64,000 nucleotides of DNA from Bdellovibrio sp. (lineage in GTDB: Bacteria > Bdellovibrionota > Bdellovibrionia > Bdellovibrionales > Bdellovibrionaceae), in the NCBI GenBank assembly GCA_036676395.1, contig JAKFCY010000002.1, positions 1,792,001 to 1,856,000 of the forward strand. The letters are read 5' to 3'. A program made the translations under genes and the position numbers. Of this stretch, positions 9,520 through 19,300 are shown piece by piece; position 1 is the first letter of the stretch; each line of letters begins with the position of its first letter. The notes under the pieces are model-generated. The model saw nothing but the letters and a program-made list of their open reading frames with translations, ran no database searches and had not been told where the DNA came from.

Positions 9520-9700
9520 ACTGACGAAAGAGACTCAAATTTATAATTAATTTTGGGTCAAATGGCAAGAATTTGGATTTCAAAACTGTTAAAAGGCCAT
9601 ATCGTCTAACAAACGCGTGGCAATTTGGCTAAATTTTCAGCCTTTTTTGGACAATACGCCACTTTGACGACGGCTTTAGAAGTGTTAGGCTTTAAATCAT

Positions 9701-10327
9701 ATGAAAACTTTATTCTCTATACTTATCGCTACCCTAGTTTTATCAACGGCAAACGCCCAAACTAAAACGGCATCTGCGACCACAAATACTGCCAAGACAG
9801 CAAAAACGGAGACCAAAAAAGTGGAAAAATACAATCCAGAAACATGTGCATTTCCTAAAGATGACGATGCTTTAAAAAAATTATTAACTCCTGAACAGTA
9901 CGCAATCACGAAAAAAAATGGCACTGAACGCCCGTTTGATAATGCATACTGGAATAATCACCACCCCGGTATTTACGTAGATGTGATTTCAAAAGAACCG
10001 TTATTTTCTTCAAAAGATAAATTTGAATCTGGTTCTGGCTGGCCAAGTTTTACCAAACCTATCGATAAAGGTGTTGTTGTTGAAAAATCTGATTCTGCAC
10101 ATGGTATGGACCGCGTAGAAATTCGCTCAAAACGTGCCGATTCACATTTAGGCCACGTATTTACCGATGGACCAAAAGATAAAGGCGGCCTTCGTTACTG
10201 CATGAATTCAGCCTCATTAAGATTTGTGCCTTTAGAAAAACTAAAAGATGAAGGTTACGAAGATTATCTGAAGTTATTCACCACTAAAGAAATCACGGAT
10301 GCGAAAGCGCACCCGTTTAAGCCGTAA
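9701..10327 (+). CDS. msrB: Peptide-methionine (R)-S-oxide reductase with signal peptide
   Basis: [24 protein letters not shown] and RYCMNSASL motifs; N-terminal signal peptide (…STANA). Confidence 0.95.
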   Translation: MKTLFSILIATLVLSTANAQTKTASATTNTAKTAKTETKKVEKYNPETCAFPKDDDALKKLLTPEQYAITKKNGTERPFDNAYWNNHHPGIYVDVISKEPLFSSKDKFESGSGWPSFTKPIDKGVVVEKSDSAHGMDRVEIRSKRADSHLGHVFTDGPKDKGGLRYCMNSASLRFVPLEKLKDEGYEDYLKLFTTKEITDAKAHPFKP

Positions 10328-10332
10328 AAAGT

Positions 10333-13300
10333 TTATTCCCAATCAAGCAGAACTAAACGACCGTCTGGAGTTAAAGCCACCTGACGGGCTTCTTGCACCA
10401 AGGCTGTATCGCGATCAATAGCTTTAGCGCTCTGTAATGAGGTCACCCGTGTTTGATCATTCGAGCGTTTGGCGATCTCTGGCGCGATTTTAGTGAATTT
10501 ATCCCAGACCGCTTGTAATTCAGTGAGTTCTTTTTTCTGACTATCAGTAGGAGTCTTAGTCGCTTTTAAAGAGAACAACCGATCTTCGACTTCATTTAAA
10601 GTCATTTTAATCGGAACTCTTTCATTCACGATATATTCAAAGTTTTTACCATGATCAAAAACTTTGACGACATCTAATCCTGGAATGCCTACGTACTTAT
10701 CACGCGTCTGAACGTAAGTTTGAAAAAAGTCTTTTCCACTTTTTTGGCCAGATACCCCAGTTGTTAAAAACGGAAGTCTAACTACTTTGTTAGGATCTTT
10801 CATTGCATATAAATTTGAAGTATTACCCGCACCAATATAATCGCCCAACTCAAAACTTTCAACCTTACCACTTTGCGCAGAGGTGGCCTGAACGACATCA
10901 CCTTTTTTAAGGCCTGAAAGTACATTATCGTACTGTGATCGTTTAAAATTGATTTGTCTTTCAACTTGCCATGCATTTAATCTAGATGGCTCTAAAAGTT
11001 TTTGATCAGCTAAATTGACAATCACCGGGTCTTTGATTGCAGCTGGAGTACGCTCTAAATTTTTGTATTCTAATAATAATTTAGTGGCATTGCCTTTTAC
11101 ATCATAATGTACAGAATTGGTAACATCTTTGTTTTTTAACCAGCCCGCAAACGCTGGATCATTTTTATATCTTTTTAAAAATTCGACCACTTCAGGTGCT
11201 TCTGCTTTTTCGTTATCAGAACGTTTTGCAATATTAACTAACAAATAATCTAACGAAGCTTGTGAATGACGTTGATCTAATTTTGCGGCGTCAGCGGCAG
11301 CTAAAGTTGCAGTCCGGGGCGGTGCCAGTTTAAATTCTTTAAATGGATCGCCGTGCAGGCTTTCTTCATGGCGTAACATTTTCTCCATGGCACCAGCCAC
11401 ATCTTCTGCCGGTGAATCGTTAGTTAAAACGATTTTTTTATCCTGGTAACGTAAGGTCATTTTTTTTATTAAACCATTACTGTCTTTGGCGATAATTACA
11501 TTCTGTTGAATAAAATCATTTTGCTTTTGTAGGCGCACTATAGCCCCACCCACAAAATGACTAAGTTCTGTTTGCTGGGTTTTAGAAAATTGCGGGCTCG
11601 TCGCTGCATGCTGCTGTAAAGCTTCTAATTGGCTCATTGTTTTTTCAGGGTTTCCGATTAACATCTCATGCGGAAGCTGTAACCCTTTATTCGGGGGCAC
11701 GCCGATTTCACGAATTGCTGTTTTTGGATTGGCCGCCAGAGGAGCACCGCCCAATTCATAGAAAATTTTATCGATGCCACCACGAGTGCCCTGGCTTAAA
11801 CGATCAAATGTTGAATGCACAATTCCTGCCGGAGATTGCGGAGCTGGATATCTGGGAACTACAACTCCATTAATAACTTGATCAGTAGCAAAAACAGAAT
11901 CAGCAAAAAGCAATTTAGCTTTTGGATGTTTGGCATTACCTAATGAAGTTGGAACAATATTATTTGATAAAAAACTCCAATAGCCTTCATTCGGTCCATT
12001 ATGACCTAAATTTGCTAAGATGCGTTCGCGAAATTGATTTTGCGTAATATGACCGGCATTTAAATCGCGAATCGCTAACTGCATACCCGGTAATTCGTGC
12101 AAATAGCCCCGAAGCACCGGCACTTCAGCAATGATTTCTCTGACTTCTTGATTTGTTAAATTAGGATTCAACAAATTCGGGTGCGGAAAACCCAGATCTT
12201 TCAAAACCGTTTTTAATTCTTGCGCTGCCGGAGTTTTCACCGTTCCGCGAAGAGTATCAAATAATTCCTCTGATTCTTTGGTGTTTTTTAAAAGTAAGTT
12301 TTCTTGAAACTTTGCAAGTTTACCTACATCAGAATCAAGCATACCGAATTTTAAACCTTGATAATCTACTCGGGCTTTATCTAAAACCTTAGCCACTACT
12401 GGATTTCGAGTGGCGGCAATTAAATCTTCCTGATGTAAAATTGATTTTACTTCTTTAGGAGACAAATCTGCACCTCTTAAAGCCTCGACATAACGATCAA
12501 CTTGCGCTTCTAACTCGGGTGTTGATTTAGAGATACCTGAATGGACTGCCTTTAATTCAACGGGTAATGCCGCACTAGGCGCAGCCATAGCCGAAGGTGC
12601 TGAAGTGCTTGCTGGTATTCGCTGTGTTTTTTTGAACTTTTCAGGATCAATGATTTGTTTTGGATTTTGAATTAAATCATCCACTGTTAAATCAGCCTGA
12701 TCATCTATTTTTTGAAATCCCTCTTTGCCTATCACGGCTTCAATATCATTTTTTAATCCGTATTTTTGTACAATATGTTGTTGCTGTTTACGAATCACCA
12801 ATAGTTCTAATTCTTTATTTTTATTACCATAGCGTTTTACACCGTAAAGAATGCGGTCATACTCGTAACCTAAATTATGATATTGATCCAGAGCCACTTT
12901 TTTGACGTCTTCGGCTGCATTAGATTTTGTTTTAGCTAACACCGATTTTTGCGTCGCCATGTGCGCAAGCTCAGTGTTATCTGATATAAATCCAGCCTTA
13001 ATAGCCGCTTTTGTATTTACTTCGCTGGCCCAGAAACTTTTTGCCGTGCTTCCAAGATTATTTTCGATCGTTTCAGCAGTAAGACGGTAATAAGGCAGCG
13101 CTAAGTCGACATCACCTGATTTTAGAAAGTCATTGGCTACATTTGAAGAAATGCGCGCAAAGTTTTCTGGTTGAAATTCACGATCTGCGCGGCTTAACCG
13201 GTTAACAATCTGACGTTGCTTTTCAATAACCGGAGTTAAGGGGTGCCCAGAAGTTAATTCAGCAGTGCTACGAAGCCCCATTGAACGGCCTCTGATGCCG

Positions 13301-16300
13301 ATCACGCTATCAAGCTCTTCAACCAATGAATTTGTAGATGTATTTGATGAACTTAAAGCCTGCGCTTTCACGCGATCTGTTGCCGGATTTCTTGCTACAC
13401 CTTTAGCTTCAACAACTTGAAAAACACTTTCGCCGTTTAAAGGCGGCGCAGGTTTTGGTACCCCCACTTTAGTGCGAAGTTCTGTTAAATAAGCTTTATC
13501 GTAATCTAGACGACTTTGAGCATTTAATAATTTAATTTTTTCTTCTCGAGAAAATTCGCGCAATTGTCCCATCGCTTCGCTGCGTGACATATTTACGGGC
13601 GTTGAAAAAGATAAGTGCACAGGGCCATTTTTGCCTTCAACATTATTTAAAGTGATTTGCCAGACCGTAAAGTTTTTATCTCCAGAGCGGCCAACATCTT
13701 TCGCAACAATTGAACCCAGTGACTCATCAACTTGATCTAAGGCATCACGTGAATCATTAATAAATGCTTGTCTGCGATCAACGCTTGTTTGCATATTAGA
13801 AATATCGCGCTTAACAGCTCTATTGGGAATTCCGGGCTTACCCGCTTTGCTTTGCGCAATTACCGTTTGTTTATCGACTGCAAAATTAACTGTAGCGGCT
13901 TTGATTTCATCAAAACTAAAACCCTTACCATAACCTTGCGCTGATAATTCTTTACTGATTGATTGCACAGCTAAATCACCGCGCGCGCGATCTGTTTTAG
14001 TGTGCGACACTTCATGCAGTAGCGTTGAAAAGCGAGCATCCGTATCATAATCGATATTAATATAAACTGCGCCTTCAGGAGTTGTAACCCCAGCACTATT
14101 AGCCAGTAATGGGTTACTGGCATCGTCATAGATGACTTTAGTTTTACCTTCAACCTTAAGACGTGCTTTACGACGTAAATCTGCTAATTGCCCTTCATTG
14201 CGTGCATTTTTAAAATCCTCATCAATTTGCGAACGCAGTGCCAGTGGATCCTTACTTCGAGACGATTCAACTTTAACACCCACATAGGCAGAATTTGAAT
14301 CACCTAGTTCACGGTCAGTCATTTTTTTAAAGCTAGTGCTGCCATCTTTATTCACAACACCAACAGTGTAAATGATTTCGCCTTTGATTTTATCGCGACC
14401 TACAACTATGCCCTCTTTGACTTTATCACCAATACCTGCGGTCACGACATAATCACCGGTTTTTAGCTGCGCCAGCGGCTTCACAATAATCGGTGTCACT
14501 GGTAAATTAGTGACCGATGCTGGCGAACGAATAATATTTTGTGCCAAAGCTAAATTCTCTAAGCCTTTAATACCGCCCCGGCGATAGGCTTCAAACACTG
14601 CGTTTGAAGTTACGCCACTGCGGCGGGCTAATTCAGACAATGCAGAATGAGTTTCAGCATTTAAATCTGGCTTATCGACAGAGCGGCCTTTACCTACAGC
14701 ATCTTTAGCTGCACGATGGCCTTCATCTAAGATTTGTTGCAACTCTGAATTTGATTTACTTTGATAAGTTGCACTTCGTTCGCGATCAGCTTTTACTTTT
14801 TTCAAAGCTTCAGGAGTATTTGTGGCTAATAGTTGATCTTGGGTTAAATGAATTTGGTTAGAAATACCTGCTTCATCTAAGTATTCAACAACGTAAGTTT
14901 TAGCTAAACCAGGTTTTGCTTCAAGCTGTGATAACACACGACCCTGGCGCAATTCGCCATTTCCTAATGGAACCACGATATCTGGATTTTGTTTTTTATC
15001 TTTAGACACCAATAACGGAGAATCCGGAGTGGTATCAATACTAGGCGCCACTTCACGTTTTATAACAGGGGGTTTACTTCCCCATTCGCGCGTGATTTTG
15101 GCATTTGTTGTATCTTCTAAATCTGTCTTATAGATAATAGTTTCTTTGCCGTTAACTTCACGCAGTAAGTAGCCACCATTTTTTGCTGGTCCGGCGATAA
15201 CACCTTCAAGTTCACCCGTGCCGTTAAATTCGCTGATCAGAACTTTATCACCGACACGTGCATTGCTGACATCAACGGGAACAGCTTTTTTAGCCACGGC
15301 AGCAACAATTGGAGCGCGTTCTAACGAAAGCTCTTCAGCGTTGGCAATAAACCGGGCATTCGGGTTACGTGTGATTTGTGCATTAGTTAAATCATCTAAA
15401 TCATTTTTATAAATAATTGTTTCTGCGCCATTGGCTTCGCGTAAGATTAACCCACCATTATGAGCATCTCCTGCAATTGCACCACGCAACTCACCGGTTC
15501 CGTTAAACTCGTGAATCACGACTTGATCGCCAATACGTACTTCGCTTGGGGTGACTTTGATCAATTGTGAAATTTCTGACGAGTTATTACCAGTAATACC
15601 TTTGCGTAATAAAAGCGTAGCTTCCGAATTTGAAAAACCAGCTTTACGTAAAATTGCTGTTTTTTCTTTAAGTTCTTTAGCGGTGTAATCAAAATAGCCG
15701 CGCCCTTCGCCGCCCACATTATGTGAAGCTAAAACAGCATTTTTCTGTGCGTCGGTTAGCGGACGTTTTACGTAGTCGGCAGCAGCCTTAACCCGTGATG
15801 GATCATCTAAATCTCCATTCACTTTTAATTCAGCTGTTAAGCCGCGATAAAATTGCGATTCACTGGTCGCTTGCGCTCCCAAATTAATTTCTTTACCTTG
15901 CGAATCTTTAACTCGAATTGTGCCATCTTTGTTTCTACGAATAAACTTAGCATCTAAATCTGCGCCACCACCGCCGGCCAAGGCTTCAAAGTTTTTCACA
16001 GTGACTTGATCACCGGCGCGAGCCATCTCTGGTTTAATTTTAACTTGTGCGACCACTTCATCACCACGAGCAGCAAAGGCAGAAACCTTGTTGCTAATAA
16101 TACGCGGAGGCACAACTGCCTCTAAACTTTGACGATTAATAGTCTCTATAGTGGGGTTAACTTGACGTGCGTACAACGGCGCGCGGTCAGTGTATTTATT
16201 TAATAACCGACGCTCTGATAAAGATAATGTCGAACCATCAATATCTGCTTTTTGCACCGCTTTTACAAATTTTTCTGCATTAGAAAATTCGGCATTACCA

Positions 16301-19300
16301 ATATAACCGCCACGAGGGTTATAACTCATGCTTTGGCGTAACATTTCGGTATCGAAATCTTTTTTACCCGGAAACAACTTATCAAATAAGGCCGTAGATT
16401 CTTTTTTCGAACCGACAGAAGCATAATCAAGAGCAGCAGCTTTATTTTCGTTATAAATTCCCAGTTCGCGCGCCACGCTTTCACGTTGACGGGGATTTAA
16501 ACGTGAACTTTTAAGACGATCTTGTTCGGCTAAATAATCTAATTGATTTCTGGCATCACCAGCCACTTCAGCTGGATCAATAGCTCTTACGCTAATTGGC
16601 GCCGAATCCGCGCTAGCGGTTTTTCTGATGACTGCTGAATCTACTTCTAAGCTTTGACGCGGAAGTAACGCCACATCCGCATTAGTTTGACGTGCATACA
16701 ATGGCGCACGATCAGTAAATTTATTTAATAAGCGACGTTCAGCTAAGGATAAATTAGCGGCGTTAACATCTGCATTTCTTACCGCTGCAACGAATTTTTC
16801 GGCATTGGCAAATTCGCGGGCATTGATATATCCACCACGCGGATTAAAACTCATTGTCTGACGCAATAACGTGTCATCAAAGTCATTACCATTCGGAAAC
16901 AACTTCTTAAACAATTCACGAGTTTCTTTACGCGAAGCGACCGCCGGATAATCCATCGCTGCGATTTTATTTTCATCTGCAATACCTAATTCAAGTGCTG
17001 CATTTTGGCGTTGTTTTGGGTTTAAATTTAAAGTTTTTAAGCCATCTTGTTCTGCTAAATAATCTAGTTCATTACGAGCACCACCAGCTTGGGCCGAATT
17101 AAACACATCCGCTTGGCTTGCATCTGTGCTCTTGGCTCTGACCTGAACTTGCGGTTTAGCTTTACGTGCTAATTTAACTTCTTCATAAAGCTCATTTACT
17201 TCTTTATTTTGGCGTTTGGCTAATTCTTCTAAGGCTCGTTGACCTTCGATATCAATCTTTTTGCTTTTTAAAGCTTTATCAGGCTTACCTGAAACACCGT
17301 AATCGACATTATAAGCATCACGCCCGCCGCGAGAATCGGCTTGGCGAAGGCTATCATCTAAAATTTGTTCAAGCTCTGCTGATGAACGATCTGCAAAACT
17401 AGCACGTCTGGCTTCACGAATTTTTGCCTGACGCACAGCTTGTGGCGTATTGGCTTTTTTTAGTTCAACTTCATTCATGCGCACGACAGTTGCTGTTTTT
17501 CCCGGAGGATAAATCTCAACTTCGTATTGGCCTTTGCCATTTGGACCACTAATAACTTTACCTGGATAAGAAACATCTTTTCCAACCACAGGCACATTAA
17601 TTATTGGGTTGTCAATTTTACCTGGTAGTTTTACGTTCGCTGCCGTTAGTTCAGCTGCCGTTTTACGTGTGCGCCCGATACCTGCACCCTTTTGATAAAA
17701 TTCAACTTCATAATACCCGCGCGCATCCGGGCCACTCATCACCGCGCCTGGATTTGTGCGTCCGGTATTTCCCATCGGAACTTCAAGTTGTTTACCTTTG
17801 ACGATTTCAAATTTTGGAATTGCCGCTTGTTCTGCAACAATGCGCACATTATCTAAGCCGGGGCTTCCGGTTACACCTTTACGTAATAAAAGACTGGCTT
17901 CATCTTCACTTAGACCTGCATCGCGTAGTGCTTTAGCTTTTTGACGAAGTTCAGTTTTACTTAAAGCAAAAATCCCTTTGTCATCGGCGATCTTATGCGA
18001 TTTAAGAACTGCTTGTTGCTGGGCTGCAGTCAGTGGTCTTTGTAAATAACCCTCTGCCACCCTTACACGGGCTACATCATCAGCAATTTCTAAGTTTTGT
18101 TTAACTTCTGCAGTTAAACCACGCGAAAACTCAGCATCTTTGACTTCAGCTTTAACTAAATCAAATTCTTTACCGGCTTCATCCTTAATACGTACAGTGC
18201 CGTCAGTGTTTTTTCTGACTACACTGGCATTAAGATCTGATCCGCCCTCAAAGTTTTTAACGTTAACGGCATCACCAGGACGAATAAATTCTTCTTTTAA
18301 TTTTACTTTTTCAACGACTTCAGCTGAGTCCGCTTTCGTCAGCGACGGTGCTAAACGTTCTGCAGATTTAACTTCATCGCGAAGCAAATCAAACTCTTTA
18401 CCATTGCTATCACTAACGCGCAGTAAGCCATTTTCTAATTTTTTAACAATTTTAAATTCGGCATCTTTGCCGCCTTCAAAATTAGAAACTTTAATTTGCT
18501 CACCTTCGATGAACCGCACATTATCGCTCTTATCAACATAAGTCGTTGGCCTGTTATCGGCCTTCACATTTATTTGCGGAGTAGAGCCTGAGCCTGCGCC
18601 ACTGTTTGATTTAAAAATTGAAACTGGTTCAGGCTTAACTTTTGCAAAACTGGTTACAGGAGCAACAGCACCAGTGTTGTTATTAGAAGTTAAAGCTCTG
18701 ACTAATTCATCTTCAGCAGCCGTCGAGGGTACATTTTGTGTGAATGATTCAGATGCCGGAGAGCGGCCTGAGCCTTTTTGAATATTATTTACAGGTGCTG
18801 CATTGCCAAAATTTTGCATATCAACTTGTGCAACGACAGGCTGAGTACGTTGCATAACCGGTTGGGTTACAACCGCTTGCGCAGCTGCGACTGGACGGCT
18901 GGGTGCCGCGGCGACGGCCATTGCACTATTGTTCGTACTACCACTGCGCATATCAAGGGCCGCAGATTTTTGCAAATAATCTCCTGTTCCTGCAGCAGAA
19001 TTCATTGTTTTTGCAGGCTGCGGAATAACTAGTTTATTTTGTGCAACGGCTTGATCAGCTTTAAATTTGCCACTTAGAAATTCATAAAACTGATTATCGA
19101 GCTGAGATTTAATCTCTGGGTTTGTTTGATATAATTCTTGTGCCTGTATTCTTCTTGAACGCATGCTGCCATCACGGTGCTGATAGGCCACTTCAGCCAT
19201 TGCCCCCTGAGGAGTCTGATGCAATTTAGTTACAGTTCCTTGAATAACTTCGCCAGTTTCATCCGAAATTCTTACAGCAGCATCTTTACCAGCTACACTA

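Noticed and set aside
9033..9521. 162-aa minus-strand ORF
   Set aside because: It begins inside tRNA-His and is antisense to a better-supported membrane protein gene.
15088..18541. DNA repeats as a CRISPR array or diversity-generating template
   Set aside because: The repeats are in-frame, long and diverged mainly as protein repeats; there is no repeat-spacer periodicity, cas gene or reverse transcriptase.
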